From Octopus sinensis (lineage: Eukaryota), in NCBI RefSeq assembly GCF_006345805.1, contig NC_043019.1:12585360-12649359 (forward strand): a stretch of 64,000 nucleotides of DNA, given 5' to 3'. Positions 39,701-53,426 of the stretch are shown here, one piece after another. A program made the translations under genes and the position numbers. The stretch's first letter is position 1; the number at the start of each line of letters is the position of its first letter. Under the pieces are notes generated by a model, which made no database searches, was not told where the DNA came from, and was given only the letters and a program-made list of their open reading frames with translations.

Positions 39701-42119
39701 TATGTGTGTGTGTGTTTGTCCCCCTAGCATTGCTGGACAACCGATGCTGGTGTGTTTATGTCCCCGTTACTTAGCGGTTCGGCAAAAGAGACCGATAGAA
39801 TAAGTACTGGGCTTACAAAGAATAAGTCCTGGGGTCGAGGTGCTCGATTAAAGGCGGTGCTCCAGCATGGCCGCAGTCAAATGACTGAAACAAGTAAAAG
39901 AGTAAATGTTCCTTCTCGAGCCATGCCAGGCTCATAAGGGCCTGTTTCCCGGTTTCAGTGGCCTAGAAAATCCCCGCCTGGACGGGACGCCGGCCCGTCG
40001 CAGGATTGCTCATTTTTGCCAGCTGAGTGAACTGGAGCAACGTGAAAATGAAGTGTTTTGCTCAAGAACACAACGCATCGCCCGGTCCAGGAATCGAAAT
40101 CACGACTTTACGATTATGAGTTCAGCACCCTAACAACTAAGCCACACGCCTCCACAAGAATCGTTTGATGGCATAAAAGACACATGGATTCACTCCAATT
40201 TTAGCAATGCATAATCAAAGAAAAAGTGAGCGTCAAGGACAATACGTGTGAGAGGCCCGACTTCGCATATAGGACCAGGGGTGACATTTTAAAGACTTTT
40301 AAAAAAATTGCATCTTACATACCTTCAAATACGGTACATTTGTCTGATATTAACAGAATATTTGTACACTGCATGGCGAGTGCGGGCTAAAAATGACATG
40401 ATGCTGATTACAAAATATTTTGATTGTGGTGTGAGGGATTTTTAAGGCTCTTGTCTGGACCCATCTTAAAATGAGTATGGTATCAAAGTTTTAAAAAATT
40501 TTCTGCTCATCCCTTCCAGAATTATTATCATTATTATTATTATTATCATTATACTGTATAACAGGAGTTTTGTCCTTGGCTAGCAACTGTTATTTTCTAT
40601 TTCCTTATCAATAGAAAGTATGAAAAATGGCTAATATTTCCTTCAAACTTTGCTTTTGTTACGATATTTATTCAAACCCCAAAGAATCCCGCTCGACACA
40701 TGGCTATGATGCTCCCCCACTAATTTTGCTCATGACCAGAGAAGCACATATTCTCAGCCACTAATGGAAAAGCTCAAGTTGTTAAGGCCAAGCAAATGAC
40801 AAGCAAACCTGTGGTATTGAGTAAAATATAAGGCGGGGAGATGGCAGAAACGTTAGCATGCCGGGCGAAATGCGTAGCTGTATTTCGTCTGCCGCTATGT
40901 TCTGAGTTCAAATTCCGTCGAGGTCGACTTTGCGTTTCATCCTTTCGGGGTCGATTAAAAAAGTACCAGTTTCGCACTGGGGTCGATATAATCGACTTAA
41001 TCCGTTTGTCTGTCCTTGTTTGTCCTCTCTGTGTTTAGCCCCTTGTGGGTAATAAAGAAATATGTATTGAGTAAAATATTTGCTATAATGATATTTCTGC
41101 TTCAGCAACTTAGCACTGAATCTGTCTGAAATGTAATGGGGAGAAAAATAGGACAATTTCAAAACATTGATATCCAAATCACAAAAGCAAAGTTTGAAGG
41201 GGAAACAGTAGTCATTTCTTTTGATTTTTAGATAGAAACAAATAAGAGACAACACTTACTGACCAAAAACAAAAAAAATAATAAAATTTTGTCACAGTGT
41301 AATTGCTGCTGTTGTTTTTGCGGCTTTTGTTTTCATATGAGCTGTTCCAAGTTTCACCCAGAGGCCTGAAGTAACAACAAACTGGATGTTGTCCTTCAGG
41401 TGCTGTTTAGGATTGGGTATGATATATTTCAGAGAAAAGGGAATTAAAATTCTGTGAATAGTTTGTTGTAATATTTGTAATTTTGAAAGGGTTTTAAAAG
41501 CATCAGATATTCTCAGGTTGACAATGTTTTTCTTAAGACGTGGATAATAGTGCTTGTAGGGACAATTTTTTGCAGTTCAGGATTTTTATTGTTTTCGTAC
41601 ATGTTGAGAGTTCAGTGATAAATTACATGTGACATCAAAGGTCTGTGGATCCTGTTTGAATTAAAAACCTCCTTGGGGCTTTTGGAAGAATGCATTTTAA
41701 TCCAATACAGGATCTCTGTCTGTGATGTTTAGGTTTTAAAGGCATCCCTTTGGCAGGAGCTGAAACAGCTGTCGTAGTCGATCCATATGACGATATACAT
41801 GATACTGATCTTGGGATGATATATGTTTATATGGGATATCTGGTGGTGGATCCTGGATCCGTTAAATGACATAGCACATTGTTCATGGCTCATTGTTAAT
41901 CTATGTCTTATGACAGGTAGTAGCTATGTTACAGGTAAATCTGAGATGTACGGCTCCTGTTTTATGACAGAAGGCGCTGTTTGTGTCTGAAGACATACAC
42001 AAAGTAATAGCAATGATATATCTTATGACGATATGTCAGCATTAATATGATGCATATTATATTTATGACCTGTATAAAGACAATACTTAATGATGATAAG
42101 GATCAATAAGAAGGATTTT

Positions 42120-42315
42120 TATGTCTTAAGACATATCATAAAGATATATAGTAATGATATGTCTTAAGACATATCATAAAGATATATAGTAATGATATGT
42201 CTTAAGACATACATAAAGATATATAGTAATGATATGTCTTAAGACATACATAAAGATATATAGTAATGATATGTCTTAAGACATACATAAAGATATATAG
42301 CAATGATATGTCTTA
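42120..42315. repeat. 37-38 bp minisatellite (about 5 copies) containing a 20-bp palindrome
   Basis: GATATGTCTTAAGACATATC-ATAAAGATATATAGTAAT unit. Confidence 0.9.
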
Positions 42316-42902
42316 TGATGTGTTAGCATTAATGCATATTATATATATGACCAAAGTACAATATTTAATGAGGAAAAGAATCAATCTGATGATATAACTG
42401 GCATTGATCTGTGATTATTTTTCCATTGTATGATGTAACATGCTAATGATGATAATCTGATCCATCCCTTAATTCATGGGATATCATATTATTGTAAAAT
42501 CAATTAAGAACAACGGTATTGATCTGTTTTAACCCTTCAGCAATTAAACTAGTCACATCAGCCGGATCCGGCCTCTTACATCTATCCTACAATGTCATTC
42601 TTAAAAATAAACAATTACATCATCGTTATCTCAAAACTATGAGATAATGTAAGATTAATCCAAAGCAATGTGAATAAATAAGCGTTAGATGTGACAAAGG
42701 GATTTGAATGCTGAGGGATTAAGACATCTAAGGTGAGTATGTTTTTGTTGTTGATGTTTGATACTTCATTCGACCTACCTACATTTAATCTAAAGAATGT
42801 AGACAATTCCATCATAAAAGACCATCTTGGTTCTTACTGATTCCATGATTCCACCTTTTGTTTTGTCGTTCGTGTGAGGCGATGTTTATCTGTCTAGAGA
42901 GA

Positions 42903-43051
42903 TTATGTTAAAGTTTCCATTCTGATCCTTCTTAGGACTTCTGGAACTAGTTTCCCTATTGTTTCGGATTCCTTTCCTGCCATTACAGAGAGGACGTTTT
43001 GTACTGCATGTTCTATCCTTTTGTCTTGGAATGCACGCAGAAATAATTCAT
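42903..43051 (-). CDS. VAC8: Vac8-like terminal coding exon (DELFLRAFQDKRIEHAVQNV...RRIRMETLT*)
   Basis: Acceptor ttctattccag, phase 1, TAA at 42905-42903. Confidence 0.85.
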
Positions 43052-43725
43052 CTGGAATAGAAACAACATAAGATGTCAATAATAATAATAATAATAACAA
43101 TGATAATCCTTTCGACTAAAAGCACAAGGCCTAAAATTTGGTGAAAGGGGACTAGTCAATCATACTGACCCCAATATTTCACTGGTACTCAATTTATTGA
43201 CCCCAAAAGGATTTAAGGCAAAGTCAACCTTTGAACTCAGAATGTGAAGACGGGTGAAATGCCTATTTCTTTACTGCCCACAAGGGGCTAAACACAGAGA
43301 AGACAAACAAGGACAAACAAACAGATTAAGTCGATTACATCGACCCCAGTGCATAACTGGTACTTAATTTATCGACCCTGAAAGAATGAAAGGCAAAGTC
43401 AACTTCATCGGAATTTGAACTCAGAATGCAGCGGCAGACGAAATACCGCTAAGCATTTCGTCTGGCGTGCTAACGATTCTGCAAGCTCGCTGCCATACTA
43501 ATGATAATAATAATGGTTTCAAATTTTGCCTCAAGGACAGCAATTTTGGGGGAAGGGATATGTTGATTACATCGACCCCAGTGTTCAACTGGTACTTAAT
43601 TTATCGATCTTGAAAGAATAAAAGGCAAAGTCGACCTCCACAGAATTTGAACCCAGAATGTAGCAGCAGACGAAATACTGCCAAACATTTTGCCTGGTAT
43701 GCTAATGATACTGCTAGGTTGCCGC

Positions 43726-43758
<33 letters not shown>

Positions 43759-46700
43759 AACAATAATAACACTTTCAAATTTTGGCACAAGGCCAGCAAT
43801 TTCAGGGGAAGAGGCAAGTGGATTACATCAACACCAGTGCTTAAGTTGTACTTAATTTATCAACTCTGAAAGGATGAAAGACTAAGTCGACCTTGGTGGA
43901 ATTCGAATTCAAAGATGGGCTACAATAAATATTCTGCTCAATACCACAGATTAGCTTATCAGTTATTTGACCGTAACCAGTTGAGCATGTCCCTTAGTGG
44001 CTGACGATATATGCATCTCTGATTACGAGCAGAAGTAGTGGGGGAGCATCATAGCCATGTGTTGAAAGGAATTCTTTGGGGTTTGAATAATTCACCTTTG
44101 GAAACATGGGTGTTTCGTTCAACATCCTTAAGCAACCCTTATTCAGGGACTTTTTGAGCGGGATGGGTAACTCAACCAGAAGAAAATTCTAAATGGGCCC
44201 CACCTACAAGGTCATGCGCTGTTTATCTTGATATGAGATCACCATGTCGCGCACATATGGTTGTGATGCATGTGCCTGGTGTACCCTTATCAGACGGGTA
44301 GTCATGATGGGTATACTGGGCTTCGTATATTTTGCCCCTGTGTCACTTTGATGGCATGCAGTACTCTCTCAATCAATTAATCAATAATAATAATAATAAT
44401 AATGCGACTTTTATTATATTACACAAGGGAGGTGGAGGAAAAGGAAAGACGTCTTCTTACCTTTGGTTAACTTTTTGATTGTCCAGAGAGCAAGGTGAAT
44501 GAAGTTGGCATCATTTGATCTCAAGAAATCATGAAGATATTGAATGATGTAAGGTAAACTTCTCTCTTTCTGGGTGTCTGTGATGATATCTGGAGAGGAA
44601 GAGAGTGGAATGAAGTGATGGTTGTGATGGCAGTGGTGGTGGTTGGGGGAAGAATAAAAGAGTAAGCCAGAATATACAGGTGGAGAGTGGTTAGGGTTAT
44701 GATGCTGCTGATGATGACTGTGATGTTGGTGGTCAATATAAGATGATCATGGTGATGATGATGATGATGATGATGGTCATGGTAATGATGATGATGATGA
44801 TGATGAGAAAATTGGCAGAAAAAAAAAATTTCATATAAGATAAGTGAAAAATATGTCAAAAAATATATAGGGATAAAGTACCAAATATCAAAAAAAAAAA
44901 AAAGGGAAAAGAAAATAAGGGGTCAACAAAAGGTGAAACTCACTTTCTATAAGAATTTGGCAGAGAGTGCCAGCACAGTTATACTGGAGTTCAGGGCTTG
45001 ATGACTGGGTAGCTAACATGACCAGCGCTTGAAACACTTTACCATTCTTAGTCTGGGCCAAATGGTAGCGGACATCCTCTGTGAAATGGAACAGAAACCA
45101 TGGAATTAACAGACATTGAAAATAATAATGATGAGGCAATGACTAGTGACTGAAACTTTTGGAAATATGCTGTGCTTGAGAAGACCCGGCAAGCCAAATG
45201 AGACCATAACCTATGTCAGGGGAATAACCAGCCCACTTATGCATAACTAGCCTTCATTGGACACTAAACTCGGCGTGCGAAGACCTATTGAGGCAAGTGA
45301 AATCACAATCAAATTCAATGACTGGTATCCGTGCTAGTGAAGCGCTAAGACCACCATCCGAGTGTGATTGTTGCCAGAGCGGCTAACTGGCTTCCATGCC
45401 GGTGGCACGTAAAAAGTACCATTTGAGTGTGATCATTACCTATCGTGTTACTGGCACTTGTGCTAGTGGTACGTGAAAAACATTCGAGCGAGGTCATTGC
45501 CAGTGCCGCTGGACTGGCTCCTGTGCAGGTGGCATGTCAAAAATAACATTTGAGTGTGGCCGTTGTCAGTGCCACCTGACTGGCCCTCATGCTGGTGGCA
45601 CATGAAAGCACCCACTACACTCGTGTAACTTAAGAGGTTTTCGCTCAATAAACACTCACAATGCCCGGTCTGGGAATCGAAACCGCGATCCTACAACTGC
45701 GAATCCACTGCCCTAACCACTGGGCCATTGCACCTCCACATATTCATATATACACACTCATATATTATACATACACACACACACACTTCTAGATGAAGGG
45801 TTTTCTTGCAGCTTCCCTCTGACAAATTCTCTCACAAGTCTTTAGTCACTCCTGGTCTAAATGTAGAAGACACTTTCGAAATCGAATTGAACCAGCCAGG
45901 ATCCCTGGTCTGGTGGTACGTAAAAAGCACTATCCGACTCGTGGCCGATGCCAGCACCGCCTCGACTGGCTTCCGTGCCGGTGGCACATAAAATACACCA
46001 ATCTGACCGCGGCCGTTGCCAGCCTCGCCTGGCACCTGTGCAGGTGGCACGTAAAAAGCACCCACTACACTCACGGAGTGGTTGGTGTTAGGAAGGGCAT
46101 CCAGCCGTAGAAACACTGCCAGATTAGACTGGAGCCTGGTGCAGCCTTCTGGCTCCCAGAACCCCGGTCGAACCGTCCAACCCATGCTAGCATGGAGAAC
46201 GGACGTTAAACGAAACGATGAACTTTCCCAAGGTTCCATGCAGTGGGATTGAACCTGAAACAAGCAGATATAAAATAATCTAACCTTCTGCTGCTAATAT
46301 TGACACTGAACCTGTTACTTCAACCAGAACATTGATGTTACATTTTGGAACCATCAAAATACCAATTAGTATAGCCAGGCATTTTAGTTTTATTATCTGA
46401 AAGGGAAAGATTAAGAAAATAAATTATTAATAATAGTAATAATAATATATATATATATATTTTTTTTTTTTACTACCCACAAGGGGCTAAACACAGAGAG
46501 GACAAACAAGGACAGACAAACGGATTAAGTCGATTACATCGACCCCAGTGCGTAACTGGTACTTAATTTATCGACCCCGAAAGGATGAAAGGCAAAGTCG
46601 ACCTCAGCGGAATTTGAACCCAGAACGTAACGGCAGACGAAATACGGCTACACATTTCGCCCGGCATGCTAACGTGTTTGCCAGTTCACCAACAAGAGCA

Positions 46701-49700
46701 CTCAGAGAGTGCAAACCCCTACCAAGGCAACACCCCTGTCCTCTCAACAATTATCCGGAGATGATTTTTTAAAATGAGAATATCTGAAATAAACTCGACT
46801 GCTCTCACAAACGAAAATACTAAAAATGAACCTAACCGCTCTCAAAATTTAACTAACAAAATAAAAAAATAAAATAAAAAACAGGAAAAATAATCCAGAA
46901 TCCTTGTTCGGTACTGGATCGATCCCAAAGTCTATCAGTTTGTAATCTTAGGAATGAGAACCCAGGTTCGATATTTCCTCAAGATACCTAAAGAAGGCTG
47001 GAGGATATATCAGCCAAAATGTGTTAACAACAAACAAGATGAGGACAAATATCCGTTGAATGTAAATAATGTAAATAATGTACATTAAATTATGTTGTGT
47101 TTCAGATCCCTAAAAAAGCTGGATGTTTGCAGCTGGAATGCCTTTGATCATAGATCATCTGCTGGATGAGGGTTGGCCTGAAGATGGACAATAACAACAA
47201 TAATCACTATCACTTACACTCCACCTTCACTCATACTCAGTGGAACTTACCTTCATATATTCTCCATCAACAAGGTTTCTAATGATGCTGGCAGAACTGT
47301 GTTGAGCATCAGGATTGGTTGAGTCATGCAGAATATTACCAAGATCAGAGAGAAATTCTTCTGATACAAATTTGACCTGTCAACACACAATGCAGAAAGA
47401 TGAGTTGTCAATACAAAAGAGAGAAAGTTGACATGACAATACATGAGAGAGGAAATTGAACTGGCAAGAGAGAACGGGGGAAGTTGAGCTGTTGGTATAG
47501 AACAGTAGAAGTTGAGCTGGCAATACAGAAGACAGAAAGTTGAGCTGGTAATATACAACAGAAAACTGAGGTGGCCTTACAAAACAGGGGCAGTTGAGCT
47601 GGTAATACAAAACAAGGAGAATTGAGCAGACAATATAGATAATAAAAATTTGAGCTGGAAATACAGAGCACAAGAGGTTGAGCTTGTAATATTGAGTACT
47701 GAATATCAAGTTAGCAATGCAGATCAAAGAAAATTAAGCTGGTAATATAGAACAGAAATTTGATCCAGCAATATAGGACAAGGTATGTTAAGCTAGCAAT
47801 ACAAAATAGAGTAACTTGTGCTGTCAAGAGAGAACTCAGAAAGTTGAGCTGATGATATAGAACACAGAAATTTAGGCCAGCAAATACAAAAACAGGACAA
47901 GATGAGCTGGGTATACAGGACAGAAAAAGTTGAGGTGACAATATAGAAATGAGAAAGTTGAGCAAATAACTTCTGAAAGATGAATGACAAGAAGGAAGGT
48001 GGGCAAGGAGCTCTCACAGAAATTGAGCTCAGAATATATTTATTTCTTTATTGCCCACAGTGGACTAAACACAGATGGAAAAAACAAGGACAGACAAAGG
48101 GATTAAGTCGATTATATCGACTCCAGTGCATAACTGGTAATTTATCGACCCTGAAAGGATGAAAGCCAAAGTCGGCAGAATTTGAACTCAGAATGCAGTG
48201 GCAGACGAAATACCGCAAAGCATAAACATGGGTAAGGACTGCAAATATTTAATTAAGCACTGTATTTTTCAGTGGATCAAAGTATCTGTAGGTGTTATTG
48301 GAGGTGTATAATACTAAGTTTATTTCCTGTCACACTAACCTGATTGGCTTCAAAGTTTGAGAGGTTACGAAGGCAGCACAATGCCAGACTGAGGATTTCC
48401 TGGCTTTTCGTTGATTGGATAATCTTGTGGATTTTCTCAATTGCTCCACCCATGGCTAATTCCTCCTGGTTGAGAGCTGCAATGAAACATCTCACAATTC
48501 ATTTCTTTTCATTCATTTTTTTTTTAACCCTTTTACCACAGAAATCAGATATATCCATTCAAAATTTACCTGTAACTGTGGAAAGCAGTTTTATATACCA
48601 ATCTGTCTTTTGTTGAGGAATGTCATGTTTGAAACTATTTTTTATTGAGATGTGTCAAAAATATCAAATGGAAATTGTAGTTGTGATACCTGTGCCGGTG
48701 GCATGTAAAAAGCACTATCTGAGCATGGCCAATGCCAGCACCACTTTGACTGGCTTCTGTGCCAGTGGCACGTAAAAAGCACCAACCAATCATGGCCGCT
48801 GCCAGCCTCCCCTGGCACCTGTGCCGGTGGCACATAAAAAGCACCCACTACATGCACAGAGTGGTTGGCATCAGGAAGGGCATCTAGCTGTAGAAACACT
48901 GCCAGATCAGACTGGAGCCTGGTGCAGCCTCCTGGCTTCCCAGACCCCGGTTGAACCATCCAACCTTTGCTAGCAAGGAAAACAGACGCTAAACAGTGAT
49001 GGTGATGATGTGTCCTGTTTATTGAGGCAATGTAACTTACAGAAAAAGCACCTGTACTGGTGCCACATAAAAGCACCTGTGCTGCGTAATGGCACCCAGT
49101 ACACTCTGAAAAGTGATTGGCACTAGAAAGGGCATCCAGCTGTAGAAACCATGCCAAAAGAGGCATGATGCCCCGGCAGCTCTTCAGTTGGCCAGCTTCT
49201 GTCAAACTGTCCAACCCATGCTAATATGGAAAACAGACATTAAATGATGATGATGATGATAATGATGATGATGACCATCATGAGAGAAAGAGAGAGGTAG
49301 AGAAAGAAAGACAGAAAGAAAAAGAAAGAAGAAAGAAAAAAAGAAGAACAAGATGGAAGAAAAAAGGACAAAGCAAAAGGAAAAGGAAACAGAAGAAAAG
49401 GAAGAAGAAAAGATGAAGGAAAAAAGAGGAAAATGAGAGAAATGAAAATGTATTGATGAAAATTAAAGGCAAAATGTTTTTCTTACCATCAGATGCCAGA
49501 TTCCTAAGAGTTAAAAGACATTGTCCTGTCACCTGAAATGAACAAACAAACAAACAAGATGAGTAGTGGGACAGGGATGACAGCCATCACATCATTATTG
49601 GGCATAGAAGCTCTCTCACTGGCTTGACATGTTGGTGGTGGTGGTGGTGGTGAAAAACGTGGTGGTGGCGAAGGGGAGATTGTCATGTTGGGAATGATGA

Positions 49701-52700
49701 TGGTGATGGCGACTATTATAGTGACAAGGATGATGATGATGGTGATGACGATGATGATGGCGATGATGAGGATAATGATGATGACAATGAGGGTGTTGGT
49801 GATAATGAGAAATTGTAATGGCAAGGATGATGATGATGGTAATGATAACGATAAGGACAATGATAATGACAATGATGGTGATTATGCTGATGGTGGTGGG
49901 GTGGCAATGATGCTGATGATGGTGGTGACAATAATGATGATGGTGGCAATGATGATGATGATGGTTGTGGTAATGATGCTCATGATGGTGGTGGCAATGA
50001 TGATGATGCTGATGATGGTGATGATGCTGATGATGATGGTGGTGGTGGTGGCAATGATGATGATGGTAGTGGCAATGATGATGATGATGATGGTGGCAAT
50101 GACAACTGATAATAGCAAAGATATTGAGGATAATGATCATGACAATGATGCCAGTGATGATAATGATGATGATGGTGGCAATGATGAGGAGGAGGATGAT
50201 ACTTATAATGAAGATGACAAATACCTTCTCAGACTCTGACGAAAGATTGTGAACCAATAAATAGTTCATCAAAAGCTTCTTGTCCGCCACAAAGAGCACC
50301 TGTCTATTCTCTGGGGTGGCTGCAATGTTACCCATGGCACCGAAGCAATAGTAGCGGACATCGTTGTCCCCGCAGTCTTGGAGAACGGAAATCAACAGGG
50401 CTACCCCACCCTCCCGAACAATCTCGTCTCGGCTGGCAGCTACAATGAGAAACTGTCAAACATCTTAATGTCATTGAAGAAATTAAAGGGACGGGAAAAG
50501 TCAAAAAGTCATCAGTAAGTAACAACAACAACATCAGTAGCAACAAGAAGAATAACAGTAAATGTAGCAACAATTATGACACCAATAATAAAACAACAAC
50601 AAAGGCAACAACAGTAACAACAGTAACAGCAGCAACAATACCAACAACAGTAACAACAACAGTAACAACAACAATGGCAGCAACAATGCCAACAATACCA
50701 CCAACAACAACAATAGCAACAACAACACCAACAGTAACCGCAGCAACAGTAACAGCAGCAACAACAACAACAGTAACAACAACAATAACAATAACAAAAA
50801 CATCATCATCAACAACAGTAACAATAACAATAACAAGAATAACAATAACAACAACAATAACAACAGCAAAAATAACAATAACAACAATAACAATAACAGC
50901 AACAATAACAAAAACAGCAAGACCTGCCTTGATTTAGGGGAGGATTGTAGACCCCTAAATTCATTTGGAAAACTGTGCTGAAGCAGGTTGGAGGGGGACA
51001 AAGTTATTTTAGAATATCTACAGGAGATCTGAACTTTATTCTTTTATTAGTTTCAGTCAATAAAACACACACACATTTATATGCACACACACAGACATAT
51101 AGACACACATGCATAATTACACACACACATATACACACACCCATAAACACATACATACACCCATAAACACACTCACACAAACATGCACAAATACACACCA
51201 CACACACACACTGGGCTTCTTTCAGTTTCTTATTTCTTTATTGCCCACAAGGGGCTAAACACAGAGAGGACAAACAAGGACAGACAAAGGGATTAAGTCG
51301 ATTACATCGACCCCAGTGCATAACTGGTACTTAATTTATCGACCCCGAAAGGATGAAAGGCAAAGTCAACCTCGGCTTCTTTCAGTTTCTGTTTACCAAA
51401 TGCCCTCACAAGGCTTTGGATGGCTGGCCCAGGGTTATAGTTGAACACAGTGGTCTAAGGAGCCATGCAGAGGGTCTGGACCCAACTTGTCTGAAAATAA
51501 GTTGGGATGGCCATAACTGCAATGTTGATCTGAGCCGACCTGGGGCTAAAAAAGAAATTAATAAAAAAAAAATCGAACAACAAAACAAAAGCCAACAAAA
51601 TCCCACCATGACATACCCAGCTGTGTTAGGTTGTAGATGAGGCCAACTGCATTTCGGATCACTCGCAGGTCTTTATGATGCAGCGTCTTAAGTAGGGGCT
51701 TCACACCATCTTCAGCAAGAATCTCCAGTCTACAGTTGTCTGCAAAGAGAGGAGGACACCACTAATTTCTTTCTCACTTTGTCCATGGAGTGGTGAGTTG
51801 TAGGGGGTGAGGGGTTTGAATGAGGAGTTGGGAGAGGGGGTTGAGCGAGGGGTTTGAATGAGGGGTTGAGCGAGGGGTTTGGATGAGGGGTTGGGCGAGG
51901 GGTTTGGGCGAGGGGGTTGGGCGAGGGGGTTGGGCGAGGAGTTTGGGCGAGGGGTTTGGGCGAGGGGGTTGGGCGAGGGGTTTGGGCGAAGGGGGTTGGG
52001 CGAAGGGGGTTGGGCGAGGGGTTTGGGCGAGGGGGTTGGGCAAAGGGGGTTGGGTGAAGAGGGTTGTTAAACTAGCTACTTATGACGCAGCCACTCCTGT
52101 GCCTATTCTCCATCTATTTATTTCTCTTTCTATATATATTTTTTCTTTTTAATTATTAAATTTTTTGTCATCAATAAACTGTCCATCACTTCACTTTGGG
52201 CACCCTTTTAGTGTTGCTTTGTACTTTTGCTAAAATGAAGAAAACATTTCCCTCCCTTTCTTTTCAACACGTCTTGACCTCCTTCATGTTCATTAATTAA
52301 TTTTATATATATATATATATAGCGAAGTCGATATAGAACCTCATCCGACGACAGACACCCATCCAACCCCCCATGCTTGCGAAGACATGTTGGGGCAAGC
52401 GAATCGAAACCGAATTGAACCAGCCAGGATCCCTGGCCTGGTGGTACGTAAAAAGCACTATCCGACTCGGGGCGGGCACGTAAAATACTCCAATGCGACC
52501 GTACGACAGGCACCCATGCCAACCCCCTTGCTTGTGAAGACATGTGGGGCAAGCGAAATCGAAATCGAAATCGAATTGAACCAGCCAGGATCCCTGGTCT
52601 GGTGGTACGTAAAAAGCACTATCCGACTCGTGGCCGTGGCAGTAAAATACTCCAATGCGACCGTACGACAGGCACCCTTGCCAACCCCCTTTGCTTGTGA

Positions 52701-53394
52701 AGACATGTTGGGGCAAGCGAAATCGAAATCGAATTGAACAGCCAGGATCCCTGGTCTGGTGGTACGTAAAAAGCACTATCCGACTCGTGGCCGATGCCAG
52801 ACACCGCCTCGACTGGCTTCCGTGCGGTGGCACATAAAATACACCAATCTGACCGGGCCGTTGCCAGCCCCGCCTGGCACCTGTGCAGGTGGCACGTAAA
52901 AAGCACCCACTACACTCACGGAGTGGTTGGCGTTAGGAAGGGCATCCAGCTGTAGAAACATTGCCAAATTAGACTGGAGCCTGGTGCAGCCTTCTGGCTT
53001 CCCAGAACCCCGGTCGAACCGTCCAACCCATGCTAGCATGGAGAACGGACGTTAAAAACGACGATGATGATGATGATGATATATATATATATATATACAC
53101 ATCTGTAAATATAATGTGTCAATTATTCGGTAGCCATGACAAAACTCTGAGTTTCGGATGTTGGGGCGGAAACCCATGCCACCATCTCTTCAGTTATCCG
53201 GCCATTAGAAAAAAATGGTATGATGGCCCAATAACTGAAGGGATGGCAGCGTGGGTTTCCACCCCGACATCCAAAACTCAGAGTTTTAATTTGGCTACCA
53301 AATAATTGTCACATATTATATTTACAGATAAATTCCTCTATTTACATAATATCGAGGTCTCTTTCATTCTTTTGTTGTCTTACCATTTCTATCA

Positions 53395-53426
<32 letters not shown>

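Noticed and set aside
41330-41990. Coding-like minus-strand stretch (VIKQEP..., RIQDPPPDIPY...)
   Set aside because: All frames are interrupted by stops within ~60 codons and no family was recognised; it may be 3' UTR.
51774-52152. Pro-rich or Gly/Arg-rich ORFs
   Set aside because: They are translations of the G-rich minisatellite inside an intron.
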